Translations under genes and position numbers: made by a program
Source of the DNA: an uncultured bacterium
Lineage (GTDB): Bacteria; JAGOEH01
Direction of reading: 5' to 3'
Assembly: GCA_964632485.1 (NCBI GenBank)
Contig: CAZWDO010000006.1
Location: 1 to 64,000, forward strand
Length of the DNA stretch: 64,000 nucleotides
Notes under the pieces: model-generated
Told to the model about the DNA's origin: nothing
Seen by the model: the letters and a program-made list of their open reading frames with translations, nothing else
Database searches by the model: none
Shown: positions 8,719 through 18,612 of the stretch, in pieces
Numbering within the stretch: the stretch's first letter is position 1
Layout of the letters: every line of letters starts with the position of its first letter

Positions 8719-10125
8719 GTGTTAAGTTCTATTTTTTCTATCAATCCCCTCGACGGACGTTATGCCTCTAAAATGGCTCGGCTGCAGGATTGTTTTAGTG
8801 AAGCGGCTCTGATGCGTTATCGCTTGCGGGTGGAAATCGAATGGTTGATTTTTCAGGTTAATCAATTAAAAATCAATCAATTACCGGAGTTTAATACCTC
8901 GGTAATTGAACAGCTTCGGGCTTTGGAGTCGGTTTTTGGGGAATCGGAAATGACAGCCATTAAAGATTGGGAACGCAGAACCAACCACGACGTCAAGGCT
9001 TTAGAGTATTTTCTACGGGAGAAGATTGCCCTTATTGCCGGAGAGCGTTATTTAGAACATATTCACCTGTTTTGTACATCCGAGGATATCAATAATCTGG
9101 CGTATAGTTTAATGTTAAGGGCCGGATTGAGGGATATCCTTTTTCCTGCTTTGGAAAAAATATATGGTCAAATGTACGATTTGGGAGTTGAATTAGCGGA
9201 TGTTGTCATGATCGGCCGTACTCATGGCCAACCGGCGACTCCGACTACCGTCGGGAAAGAAATTATTAATTTTGTAGCGCGTCTTAAACCCATGATAGCA
9301 GAATTAAAGACTTGGCGGTTTGGCGGCAAATTTAATGGCGCTGTCGGCAATTTCAATGCGCATCTTTTTGTGTATCCGGATTTGGACTGGATATCCATTT
9401 CACGGGAGTTTGTGAGTCATTTGGGACTCACCCCCAATCTGTTTACTACCCAAATCGAACCGCATGACCATTGGGCAGAATTTTTTTTGCTAATCTCCCG
9501 CTTGAACACTGTTTTTTTGGACATAACCCGTGATTTTTGGTCCTATATTGCGATCGATTACTTTAAGCAACGCGCGATTGAGGGTGAAGTCGGCAGTTCA
9601 ACTATGCCGCATAAAGTGAATCCCATCGATTTTGAAAATGCGGAAGGAAACTTGGGGCTGGCTAATGCGCTGGCGGTTCATCTTGCCGCCAAACTGCCCG
9701 TCAGCCGCTGGCAACGGGATTTAAGCGATTCTACGGTGGAGCGGAATATGGGATTGGTCTTTGGCTATTCGTTATTGGCCCTTCAGTCTCTTTCCCGGGG
9801 TGTGTCAAAACTTGCGCTCAATCGATCCGCCATTCAGGACGATTGTGATAAAAATTACCAGATTTTAGCGGAAGCGATTCAATCCCTTTTACGTGTTCAG
9901 GGTGTTCCCGACGCTTACGATCAACTTAAAAAAATGACGCGCGGACAGATTATTACCAAGGCTACTTACGACAATTGGCTGGAGGCTCTGGTTGTTCCGC
10001 TGGAAATTAAAGAACAGTTAAAAAAACTTACGTTGGAATCATATTGTGGTTTGGCTAAAAAATTGGTTCGCTCTTTTAATCCCGCTTTGGATACTGACGC
10101 TACCATTTACCCTGCTGGCCGGTGA
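8719..10125 (+). CDS. purB: Adenylosuccinate lyase
   Basis: NPLDGRY, TNHDVKA, TSEDINN, RTHGQPATP, GSSTMPHKVNPIDFEN and SRWQRDLSDS. GTG at 8719 follows AAGGAG. Confidence 0.97.
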   Translation: MLSSIFSINPLDGRYASKMARLQDCFSEAALMRYRLRVEIEWLIFQVNQLKINQLPEFNTSVIEQLRALESVFGESEMTAIKDWERRTNHDVKALEYFLREKIALIAGERYLEHIHLFCTSEDINNLAYSLMLRAGLRDILFPALEKIYGQMYDLGVELADVVMIGRTHGQPATPTTVGKEIINFVARLKPMIAELKTWRFGGKFNGAVGNFNAHLFVYPDLDWISISREFVSHLGLTPNLFTTQIEPHDHWAEFFLLISRLNTVFLDITRDFWSYIAIDYFKQRAIEGEVGSSTMPHKVNPIDFENAEGNLGLANALAVHLAAKLPVSRWQRDLSDSTVERNMGLVFGYSLLALQSLSRGVSKLALNRSAIQDDCDKNYQILAEAIQSLLRVQGVPDAYDQLKKMTRGQIITKATYDNWLEALVVPLEIKEQLKKLTLESYCGLAKKLVRSFNPALDTDATIYPAGR

Positions 10126-10825
10126 TCCGGATAGCCTGGAAATTGAGTACGTGATTCATTTTTTTGATACGGTGTCCTATATTCCGGACACGTTGGCCCC
10201 AGCCGCGGTAATCGATCCCAAATTGAGGACGGATTGCAGTTCGGGTGATTATCAAGTTCCTGATGCTTTGAAGCTTTATCCGTTCCGGAGCGCAAAAATC
10301 ATGTATGTGTTTTCATGTGATACCCTTCGGGATACGATGTGGTATTATATCGATTGCTATGGCGGAAAACAGCTTTTTATCACTCGGAAACGGAATCAGA
10401 CCTGGTATAAACTGATGGATTTGGCGCAACCTGTCCGATTTATCTATCAGAAGGATGATCCGATAGGCTATGTGGTAGATAATGAGTTGAGCGGGCTGAT
10501 TGATTCGCTGAAACAGCTTTCCGAAACAGGACAAAACAATTTTCTTGAACGGATACGGATGGCCGCCGGAGTTTTGTGCAATCAAATGGAGATTCATTTT
10601 GCCGGGATTGGGCGTGTGGCCGGTCGTTCCTGTTTGAAAATTTATTTGGCGCGTTTTAAGAAACAGGTTTGGTACTGGAAAAAAATCATTTTGAAAACCA
10701 TGACCGAATTATCGGATGGATCATTTGAAACCATTGAAGCGCATGATGTTAAAATTGATTTACCTTTGGCGGATTCTCTTTTTCTTATCCCCCATAAACA
10801 ATGGCAAAAAGTAAATTTAGACTGA
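10046..10825 (+). CDS. Exported hypothetical protein (possibly DUF4412/LolA-like)
   Basis: Signal-peptide-like N-terminus; GRVAGRSC...WYWKKIIL...DSLFLIP; sits in operon between purB and purC. Confidence 0.6.
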   Translation: MVWLKNWFALLIPLWILTLPFTLLAGDPDSLEIEYVIHFFDTVSYIPDTLAPAAVIDPKLRTDCSSGDYQVPDALKLYPFRSAKIMYVFSCDTLRDTMWYYIDCYGGKQLFITRKRNQTWYKLMDLAQPVRFIYQKDDPIGYVVDNELSGLIDSLKQLSETGQNNFLERIRMAAGVLCNQMEIHFAGIGRVAGRSCLKIYLARFKKQVWYWKKIILKTMTELSDGSFETIEAHDVKIDLPLADSLFLIPHKQWQKVNLD

Positions 10826-10834
10826 GGAGTTTGT

Positions 10835-11773
10835 ATGGATACCAATAAGATACTGGCGCAAATACCTTTTGCTTTAAAAGAAACCCAATTCCCTTTCCCT
10901 AATAAAATCACGGGTAAGGTCCGGGATAGTTATATCATTGATGATAAACGGATTATAATCGTGACGGATCGGATATCTGCCTTTGATCGGGTTTTGGGGA
11001 CTTTACCATTCAAAGGGGAAATCCTTCAGGCTGTGAGTAATTATTGGTTTCAGCAAACTGAGGATATTATTCCCAATCATATCATTGACACTCCGGATCC
11101 GAATGCGATAATTGTCAGGAATTGCCGGACGTTACCCGTTGAAGTGATTGTTCGTGGATATATTACCGGCAGCCTTTGGCGAGCCTATCAAACAGGAGAG
11201 CGCGAAATGTACGGTATCCGCTTTGCGGAGGGTTTGCAGCAGAATCAGGCGTTTGAGCAACCGATTATAACCCCTTCTACCAAAGCGGAACAAGGTGAAC
11301 ATGATGCGCCGTTGACTCCCCGGGAAATCATCGAGGGTGGATGGGTGGAGGCGGGATTATGGCGCCGGATTGAAGAAATTGCTCTGGCTCTGTTCCATCG
11401 TGGGCAGGAAATTGCGCTGGAGAAAGGATTGATCCTGGTGGATACGAAATATGAGTTTGGTCTTTGGAATGAGGAGTTGATCCTGATTGATGAGGTTCAC
11501 ACTCCGGACTCATCCCGGTATTGGTATGAGGATTCATATCAAACCGGAACGCCCCGCCAGCTCGATAAGGAGTATATCCGGCAATGGTTGATTGAACTTG
11601 GATTCATGGGGGAGGGCGTTATTCCCGAACTGACTCATCCGGTGATCTGTGAAGCCGTTGAACGTTATTTAACGATATATCGACTATTTTTAAATCATGA
11701 TCTGGAAACTCGGCCCGGCAATGTGTATGAGCGACTGGAAGGAAACCTGCGACATTATGGCATCCTTGTATAA
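10835..11773 (+). CDS. purC: SAICAR synthetase
   Basis: GKVRD, TDRISAFD, PVEVIVRGY, TPSTKA, LVDTKYEFG and DEVHTPDSSRYW. Confidence 0.97.
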   Translation: MDTNKILAQIPFALKETQFPFPNKITGKVRDSYIIDDKRIIIVTDRISAFDRVLGTLPFKGEILQAVSNYWFQQTEDIIPNHIIDTPDPNAIIVRNCRTLPVEVIVRGYITGSLWRAYQTGEREMYGIRFAEGLQQNQAFEQPIITPSTKAEQGEHDAPLTPREIIEGGWVEAGLWRRIEEIALALFHRGQEIALEKGLILVDTKYEFGLWNEELILIDEVHTPDSSRYWYEDSYQTGTPRQLDKEYIRQWLIELGFMGEGVIPELTHPVICEAVERYLTIYRLFLNHDLETRPGNVYERLEGNLRHYGILV

Positions 11774-12131
11774 ATGGCTTTGCATGGCGCTGGTTTGGAC
11801 GGGGATCGAAACCCAGGCGGATTTCAGATTTGATAAACCTGCGGAATTCTCGTTTCCGCCCAGGGAAGCAGTCGACCACTCTTTTTTTATTGAAACTGAC
11901 AGTATAATGGATAGCGTTATGTTCTCCTGGCAGGGGATTCCCCGGGAGATTACCGTATTGACTTTGAGCCGATGTCTTCCCTGTCAAAGCCGGCGCTGGC
12001 AAGTTGTGTTAGTCGGTCCTCCTGTTTTTCCCGCTGATTCTCAATTTGATGCGTGGATTTGGGCGGCCAATCAACGCCTGGAAAAAGATTCGCTGCATTT
12101 GGTTTTTAACAACAGGAATTATGATGATTAA
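11757..12131 (+). CDS. Exported hypothetical protein
   Basis: Fills the purC-ykgJ gap with overlapping start and stop; signal-like MASLYKWLCMALVW. Confidence 0.5.
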   Translation: MASLYKWLCMALVWTGIETQADFRFDKPAEFSFPPREAVDHSFFIETDSIMDSVMFSWQGIPREITVLTLSRCLPCQSRRWQVVLVGPPVFPADSQFDAWIWAANQRLEKDSLHLVFNNRNYDD

Positions 12132-12558
12132 ATTTGAGTGCCAGCAGTGTGGCCACTGCTGTCAGGGCGAACCCGGATACGTTTTTATTTCGCCGGAAGA
12201 CATTAGACGAATTTCCATTTACCTGCGTTTGAAGCCGAAACTGTTCTTAGAACGCTATGCCCGACGGGTCAATTTGCCCTGGCGCTGTGAATATAGTCTG
12301 AATGAGTTCGATGATGGACGTTGTGTTTTTTTCGATAATGGGTGTAAAATATATCCGGCGCGTCCCGTTCAATGTTCGACGTTTCCTTTTTGGCCGCCCT
12401 ATTTAAAAAATGTTGAGGAGTTTCAGAAATTGGTTCGCAACTGTCCGGGATATGGCCAGGGAAAAAGCTATAATGAAGATGAGATATTTGAAATCTGCAA
12501 CGTGTATATGCGTGAGTTGATGTTCGATTCCGGGGAATCACGGAATAATAACGAGTGA
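12121..12558 (+). CDS. YkgJ family cysteine-cluster (CxxCxxCC) protein
   Basis: FECQQCGHCC, CVFF, CKIYPARPVQCSTFPFW and CPG. Confidence 0.9.
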   Translation: MMIKFECQQCGHCCQGEPGYVFISPEDIRRISIYLRLKPKLFLERYARRVNLPWRCEYSLNEFDDGRCVFFDNGCKIYPARPVQCSTFPFWPPYLKNVEEFQKLVRNCPGYGQGKSYNEDEIFEICNVYMRELMFDSGESRNNNE

Positions 12559-14072
12559 GTCAGACAAGGAGCAATCAGTTGAACGATATTGAAACGACAT
12601 TAATGGAATTCAGCGGTGCAATTGATCATAATTCCGCGCATTTAGCGCTTATTCTGGCTGCCGGCCATGGCAAGCGTATCAAGTCGGAAAAATCGAAAAT
12701 GCTGCATACAATCTGGGGCAGAACCTCTATCGAACGGGTGGCGCGCGCCGTTTCAATCGGTCTGAAAACGGACAACCTGGTTTTTGTATTGGGAATCAAG
12801 GCGCTGGAAGTTTTAGCCGCTATTCCGAAAAACAAGAATTACCTTTTTGTTTACCAGCAAGATCAATTGGGAACCGGACATGCTGTACGAATCGCTTTTC
12901 AAAATCCTCAGGTCGCAACGTTTCCAGGTACAATTTATGTTTTTCCCGGGGATATCGGTTTGCTCTCCGCGCAAACTGTCAGTAATTTCGCTCAATCCTT
13001 CGACCATTGCGACGATGATATGATGGTGCTGACCGCAAATTATGAAGGAAATTCGATTGATAATTACTATGGCCGAATCGTTCGGGTCCCGCCCTCAGAT
13101 GCCTCCCGGACGCCCATTGAATCCGAGAATTCGGGTAAAGTCGTGGCTATTAAAGAGTTTAAAGACATCGCCGCCGGGGATGATCATCGACTTTTTAGTT
13201 TTAACTATCATGGACGATCGATTGATTTCAATAAGCGGGAGCTGCTCGATATTAACGAGTTCAATACCAGTATTTATGCCTACCGTCCCCATTTGTTGCG
13301 TGAATATATCTATCAGATTCGTTCCGAAAATGTCCAGAAAGAAAATTATTTAACCGATTTGATTGAAATTTATAATGAAAAGAAGCGGCAGGTAGGCGCT
13401 TTTACCATACATGATCCCAATCAGGTGTTGGGTTTTAATAATAAAAGTGTATTAAAACAGATGGAAAATATTCACCAGTCAAAAGTTTATGAGCAGTTAA
13501 AAGATATCGTCACTATCGAAAGCAGTGAGCATTTTTTTATTGCTGATGAAGTGGTGGAGCAGATTCTGGCAATGGACAGGGAAGGAAAACCTCTGGATAT
13601 TTATATCGGCATGAATGTATCGATTGGCCCGGAGGTGAAATTGAGCCGGAACATTACCATTCAAAAAAACTCAATATTTGAGGGTTCCATCGATATCCAA
13701 TCCAATGTAACCATTGGTGAAAACTGTATTTTTTCCAATTATCCCCATCAAATGATCCGTATCGGCGAAGGAACCTGCCTGGTTGGAAGCTGTCGGATTA
13801 AGGGACAAGTAACCATTGGCTCTGCCTGTCGCATTGAATCATCGGTGCGTCTGACCGGGAACGATGAATTCCCTGTTTGTTTGGGAGATAATGTGATTAT
13901 TAAAGGAACCAGTTATATTTTTGGTTCAATCGTTGAATCCGGAGTATTGATTGAACATTCAGTTATTCGGCAAAAACATGTAGAAGCGATTCAACGAAAA
14001 GATGGGAAAATTCAGCCGGTTCGTTATATTTTGCCATTACCGGAAGGGATGGATTCGTTACGTGAGCGTTGA
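12555..14072 (+). CDS. glmU: GlmU-like N-acetylglucosamine-1-phosphate uridyltransferase with a C-terminal hexapeptide-repeat domain
   Basis: ILAAGHGKRIKS, QDQLGTGHAV, YYGRIVR, NVQKENYLTD and GFNNK, followed by left-handed beta-helix repeats. Confidence 0.75.
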   Translation: MSQTRSNQLNDIETTLMEFSGAIDHNSAHLALILAAGHGKRIKSEKSKMLHTIWGRTSIERVARAVSIGLKTDNLVFVLGIKALEVLAAIPKNKNYLFVYQQDQLGTGHAVRIAFQNPQVATFPGTIYVFPGDIGLLSAQTVSNFAQSFDHCDDDMMVLTANYEGNSIDNYYGRIVRVPPSDASRTPIESENSGKVVAIKEFKDIAAGDDHRLFSFNYHGRSIDFNKRELLDINEFNTSIYAYRPHLLREYIYQIRSENVQKENYLTDLIEIYNEKKRQVGAFTIHDPNQVLGFNNKSVLKQMENIHQSKVYEQLKDIVTIESSEHFFIADEVVEQILAMDREGKPLDIYIGMNVSIGPEVKLSRNITIQKNSIFEGSIDIQSNVTIGENCIFSNYPHQMIRIGEGTCLVGSCRIKGQVTIGSACRIESSVRLTGNDEFPVCLGDNVIIKGTSYIFGSIVESGVLIEHSVIRQKHVEAIQRKDGKIQPVRYILPLPEGMDSLRER

Positions 14073-14638
14073 TGGACGATATTAGAGCAACGATTCGCCG
14101 CGCTCAGTCGGGCGATGAACAAGCTTTTCGTGAGATTATGGAGAATTATCGCGATGCGGTTTATCGCTATATTCATTCCATTTTAAACAACAATGAAGAT
14201 GCTGAAGATGTTTTGCAAGAAGTATTTTTAAAAGCATTTCGCTCGTTGAGCCGTTTCATGATCGAATACTCGTTTTATAAATGGTTGATGAAAATAGCCT
14301 GTAACACCTGTATTGATTTTATGCGTAAGAAAAAGCTTCCGACCGTATCGATTCGACGTTCTTCCGTCAATTGCGATGAAGATGATTATGAAATCGAAAT
14401 AGCGGATCCGCTGGGGGATCCCGATACGGTTTACAAACAGCATGAAACCCGGGAAAAACTGGACAAGGAAATCCATTTATTGCCGGAGATATATCGGGAT
14501 TTGATCATTATGCGTTTTTTTGAGCAGTTGTCCTATGAGGAGATCGCCCGGCGTCTGACCATTCCGGAAGGAACTGTCAAGACACGTATTTTCCGGGCGC
14601 GGGAGATGCTAAAAGAAAAATTTGCCGGGTGGTATTGA
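14069..14638 (+). CDS. ECF RNA polymerase sigma factor (SigW/RpoE-like)
   Basis: GDEQAF, DAEDVLQEVFLKAF, WLMKIACNTCIDFMRK and LSYEEIA...GTVKTRIFRAR. Confidence 0.95.
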   Translation: MMDDIRATIRRAQSGDEQAFREIMENYRDAVYRYIHSILNNNEDAEDVLQEVFLKAFRSLSRFMIEYSFYKWLMKIACNTCIDFMRKKKLPTVSIRRSSVNCDEDDYEIEIADPLGDPDTVYKQHETREKLDKEIHLLPEIYRDLIIMRFFEQLSYEEIARRLTIPEGTVKTRIFRAREMLKEKFAGWY

Positions 14639-14639
14639 T

Positions 14640-15710
14640 ATGCGTCGAACCAATTTTTTAATTCTTTTTGTTTTGTTTGGGCTGCAGACCAGCATGATTG
14701 ATGGAGCGGATATTCCTGAATCCACACTGGTTATTGACAGTAGCCGGGATTCATTCAATCAATATCTGGTGGGAATTCGATCCAACATTGCCCGCGCGGA
14801 AATCGTTCTCAATTATCTGGATTCTTTGAAATCCTGGAAGAAAACTCAGGATTCGCTTACGGTTCCAAAAATTAGCAATAATATATATCGTGTGATCATT
14901 TTGGGGGATTCTGTCGTGATACCGTCGGGAACAGTTATGACGGGACAGATTTTTACGTTGTTTACGAAAGTTGTGGTTCATGGAGAGTTCAACGGCTCTA
15001 TTTCTGTTTTGGGTAATGATGTTGAAATTGATCATGATGCTGTTGTTGATGCGGATATTGTTATTCTTATAGGAAAATTGTTTGATTCTTCGATGGTTGA
15101 TTACCGTTTAGGCAAGCGGGTTGTGCTTGACCCTCAGTTTTTTTCTCCGACCTCGGCTGACAGGCCGCATTTTTGGGATAGTCTGATCTGGATTTCCGTA
15201 TTTTTACTGGTTTCCTTGGTCGTGTTTAATTTGCGCAAAACGAATCTAATGCGCTTGTATGAAAATTTAGAATCGCATTCTGTGCGGAATTTTTTATGGG
15301 GCGTTTCAGCTTATCTAATGTTTTTTCCCATAGCGCTCTTATGTTTAATCATGATTGTCGGAATCCCTTTTTTGATTCCACTGGCCATTTTTTATGCGTG
15401 GGGCAGTTTTCTCGGATATTTGGCAGTAATTCTCTGGTTAAGTCATTTTTTGATTCAGCGGTTCAAATGGCATATCCACCCACTATTATTGTTTGGACTA
15501 CTCATTGTGGCCTTTGAAATCTGGGAATCTGTTTTATACCTGATTTATACCATTACGCCTTTAAAAGCATATTTGCATCAATCCTCACTTTTCTGGATGA
15601 CCCGTATCGCGCGGCTTTTAATGTTAAGTTGGGGATTTGGAACCTATGTTAGTGGATTGTCATTTTGGCGGGAGCGATGGCTTTTCCCCATTCAAAAAAA
15701 GGATAAATAG
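14640..15710 (+). CDS. Membrane protein with a bactofilin-like beta-helix and a multi-TM C-terminus
   Basis: Signal peptide; V/I-x-G repeats (VVVHGEFNGSISVLGNDVEI); about 5-6 hydrophobic helices including the IVGIPFLI motif. Confidence 0.7.
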   Translation: MRRTNFLILFVLFGLQTSMIDGADIPESTLVIDSSRDSFNQYLVGIRSNIARAEIVLNYLDSLKSWKKTQDSLTVPKISNNIYRVIILGDSVVIPSGTVMTGQIFTLFTKVVVHGEFNGSISVLGNDVEIDHDAVVDADIVILIGKLFDSSMVDYRLGKRVVLDPQFFSPTSADRPHFWDSLIWISVFLLVSLVVFNLRKTNLMRLYENLESHSVRNFLWGVSAYLMFFPIALLCLIMIVGIPFLIPLAIFYAWGSFLGYLAVILWLSHFLIQRFKWHIHPLLLFGLLIVAFEIWESVLYLIYTITPLKAYLHQSSLFWMTRIARLLMLSWGFGTYVSGLSFWRERWLFPIQKKDK

Positions 15711-15829
15711 TAAAAAACCTCTAAAATTTAAAAAAAACCCAAAAAAAAAAGTAAAAATTGAAAATTATGCTTGATTTAATGAAAAAAAAATATAAATTAA
15801 GTACTTAAAAATTTCATGTAAGGAATGTC

Positions 15830-17164
15830 ATGTTTACTGATTTAACTGAAAAATTCGACCTGATTTTTAAAAAACTTCGCGGTCAGGCTAAAATTACTGA
15901 AAGTAATATTGAAGAGGCCATTAAGGAAATACGGTTGGCATTGCTGGCCGCCGATGTTAATTATAAAGTGGTTAAAGACTTGATCCAGCGCGTCAAGGAA
16001 CAAGCGTTGGGGCAGGATGTATTATTAAGTATTTCAGCCGGCCAGGTATTTGTTAAAATTGTTTATGATGAATTGGTCCGGATTTTAGGAAGCCAGCATA
16101 CTCGACTGCAACTTCATGGAGAAGCGCCCTATGTAATTATGCTGTGCGGCTTGCAGGGATCAGGGAAGACCACGTTTGCCGGGAAGTTAGCGAATTATCT
16201 CCGCAAAGAAAAGAAACAGCCCTTATTGGTGGCGGCTGATATTTATCGCCCCGCCGCTATTGATCAATTAATCAAAGTCGGCGCCAGTTTGGGTCTCGAA
16301 GTCTATCATGAAATGGATAGTCAGGATGCGGTCGGTATTTGTCAACGAGCCTACCAGCATGCGCTGAAAAAATTATACAACGTGATCATTCTGGATACTG
16401 CCGGTCGGTTGCATATTGATGAGTCCATGATGGATGAGTTGGAAGCGATTCGCGCCAAGCTGAAACCGGTGGAAATTTTGTTGGTGGTGGATGCGATGAT
16501 TGGACAGGATGCCGTGAATATGGCGCGTGAGTTCAACAACCGTCTGGCCGTTACGGGCTTGGTGATGACGAAGCTGGATGGCGATACGCGCGGAGGCGCA
16601 GCGCTTTCTATTGTCCAGGTAACCCAAAAACCGATCAAATTTGCCGGGATTGGTGAAAAACTCAGTGACTTGGAACTCTTTCATCCCGAACGAATGGCCT
16701 CTCGTATTCTCGGGATGGGTGATATTGTCAGCTTGGTGGAAAAAGCGCAGGAGACTTTCGATTCGAAAAACGCCCAGGAAATGGAGAAAAAGCTCCGGAA
16801 GAATCAATTTACCCTGGCCGATTTTCTGCAGCAACTGCGGCAAATCCAAAAAATGGGTTCGCTTGAACAGTTAATGTCCTATATCCCAGGCTTTAATCAA
16901 TCTATGATGAAAGATGTTCAGGTTGACAATCGTCAATTAAAATATGTTGAAGCGATCATCCTGGCGATGACTCCCGGAGAACGGGATAAACCGGAAATCA
17001 TTAATGGCAGTCGCCGAAAACGGATTGCGCTGGGAAGTGGACGAAGTGTGCAGGAAGTAAACCAACTTCTTAAGCAATTTGATATGATGAAAAAAATGAT
17101 GAAACGATTCGCTACCATGAATAAACGTGATATGTTCAAACAAATGAAACAGTTTAAAAAGTAA
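15830..17164 (+). CDS. ffh: Signal recognition particle protein
   Basis: GLQGSGKTT, DTAGR, TKLDGDTRGGAALS, RILGMGD and a Met-rich M domain. Confidence 0.99.
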   Translation: MFTDLTEKFDLIFKKLRGQAKITESNIEEAIKEIRLALLAADVNYKVVKDLIQRVKEQALGQDVLLSISAGQVFVKIVYDELVRILGSQHTRLQLHGEAPYVIMLCGLQGSGKTTFAGKLANYLRKEKKQPLLVAADIYRPAAIDQLIKVGASLGLEVYHEMDSQDAVGICQRAYQHALKKLYNVIILDTAGRLHIDESMMDELEAIRAKLKPVEILLVVDAMIGQDAVNMAREFNNRLAVTGLVMTKLDGDTRGGAALSIVQVTQKPIKFAGIGEKLSDLELFHPERMASRILGMGDIVSLVEKAQETFDSKNAQEMEKKLRKNQFTLADFLQQLRQIQKMGSLEQLMSYIPGFNQSMMKDVQVDNRQLKYVEAIILAMTPGERDKPEIINGSRRKRIALGSGRSVQEVNQLLKQFDMMKKMMKRFATMNKRDMFKQMKQFKK

Positions 17165-17178
17165 CCGGAGGAAATAAA

Positions 17179-17538
17179 GTGTCAACTAAAATGCGACTGA
17201 CTCGTTTAGGTACTAAAAAGAAACCTTATTATCGGATTGTGGTGATCGATTCCCACGCCAAGCGTGATGGAAAATGTTTGGATGTGGTGGGACATTACAA
17301 TCCACTCACGACACCCCTGAGTGTTGATTTTAATGAAGAGAAGGTATCCAATTGGCTGGCAACTGGCGTTGTTTTATCGGATACCGTGAAGAATCTGTTG
17401 ACGAAAGTCCATTTTTTCCAAAAACAGGAATGGATAAGACAAGGAATGGATGAACAGACAATTGCTCAAAAAATAGCGGAATTTCCCATGATAAGGGAAA
17501 TCCCGAAAAAGAAGAAACCCGCCAAAAAAGCTGAATAG
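17179..17538 (+). CDS. rpsP: 30S ribosomal protein S16
   Basis: MRLTRLGTKKKPYYRIVVIDS...RDGK...GHYNP. Confidence 0.97.
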   Translation: MSTKMRLTRLGTKKKPYYRIVVIDSHAKRDGKCLDVVGHYNPLTTPLSVDFNEEKVSNWLATGVVLSDTVKNLLTKVHFFQKQEWIRQGMDEQTIAQKIAEFPMIREIPKKKKPAKKAE

Positions 17539-17572
17539 TTCGTATTAATTTTATTGGCAAGAGGAACAACTT

Positions 17573-18328
17573 ATGCGAGATTTTAAAGGATTTGGCGATA
17601 TCGTTGCGGATTTGGCAACGGATACCAATCCCGCTGGAACCCATATCGGGCCGTCCATTACGATACAAGGTGAGATTTCAGGCGATGAATTCTTAATTGT
17701 TGAGGGAACGGTTTTGGGAAAAGTCTGTTTGAAAAATGGTATTCTGGTCAAGCAAAATGGACTGATTCAAGCGGATATCGATGCTCTGAGTATTACGGTT
17801 GGCGGTTCGGTTGTAGGAAATATAACGGCCCGGGAGAAGATCGAGTTGTTGGCGGAAGGTAAGGTTGAAGGCGATATCCGCGCTCCGAAGATTATTATCC
17901 AGGAGGGCGCTCATATTCGCGGCCATATTGAGATGGTTTTTACCATTGATCATGCTGAATCTGCCAATCAGGGTGAAGAGATAGTCGGTGAACAGCCACC
18001 CTCTGGAGAGGATATATCCGTAACTGAACCGGGCGTAGTGGAAGAGGCCGTCCCCTTGATTAGTCCTGAAACGCCTGAAACGGGATCTGTGAGTGATCTA
18101 CCGAGGATGGGTACACCATCCAGCGCGCCTATGGGAAGCGAATCCCTGGATTCAACTCCGCCATCCGCGCCGGAATTACACCCGACAACTCAACATCCCG
18201 CTCAGCAGCTTAGTTCAGTCACTCCGATGCCAGGCGCAAACAGCGCTATGAATCAATTTAACAAAGTAGATGATACCAATCGGTTACGTTCATCATTTAT
18301 CATTAATTCGAATCCGAAAACGTCCTAA
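17573..18328 (+). CDS. Bactofilin (polymer-forming cytoskeletal protein) with a Pro/Ser/Glu-rich tail
   Basis: THIGPSITIQGEI...VEGTVLG...ITVGGSVVGNITA...VEGDIRAPKIIIQEGAHIRGHIEM. Confidence 0.92.
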   Translation: MRDFKGFGDIVADLATDTNPAGTHIGPSITIQGEISGDEFLIVEGTVLGKVCLKNGILVKQNGLIQADIDALSITVGGSVVGNITAREKIELLAEGKVEGDIRAPKIIIQEGAHIRGHIEMVFTIDHAESANQGEEIVGEQPPSGEDISVTEPGVVEEAVPLISPETPETGSVSDLPRMGTPSSAPMGSESLDSTPPSAPELHPTTQHPAQQLSSVTPMPGANSAMNQFNKVDDTNRLRSSFIINSNPKTS

Positions 18329-18375
18329 AATTGATCCAACGACGAATCCGAATATTCCCATGAAGGAGGCCTTTT

Positions 18376-18612
18376 ATGGAAATCCAAAAACTGATCGAAG
18401 AAATTGCGCGCGTATTGGTCGATAATCCTGACGATGTAGTGGTAAGTCAAATTGATGGTGAGCAGACGATTGTTTATGAATTACGGGTTAACGAAACCGA
18501 TTTAGGCAAAATTATCGGAAAGAATGGAAATATGATCCAATCGATTCGGACTTTGCTGAAAGCAGCATCTGCTAAAATGGGCCGACGATTGATGTTAGAA
18601 GTTATTGAATAA
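18376..18612 (+). CDS. khpA: KH domain RNA-binding protein KhpA
   Basis: LVDNPDDV and DLGKIIGKNG (GxxG) motifs; 78 aa; S16 operon context. Confidence 0.93.
   Translation: MEIQKLIEEIARVLVDNPDDVVVSQIDGEQTIVYELRVNETDLGKIIGKNGNMIQSIRTLLKAASAKMGRRLMLEVIE

Noticed and set aside
15710-15830. SRP RNA or tRNA near ffh
   Set aside because: The region is almost pure A/T with no GC-rich stem; no tRNA cloverleaf was seen in any intergenic region.
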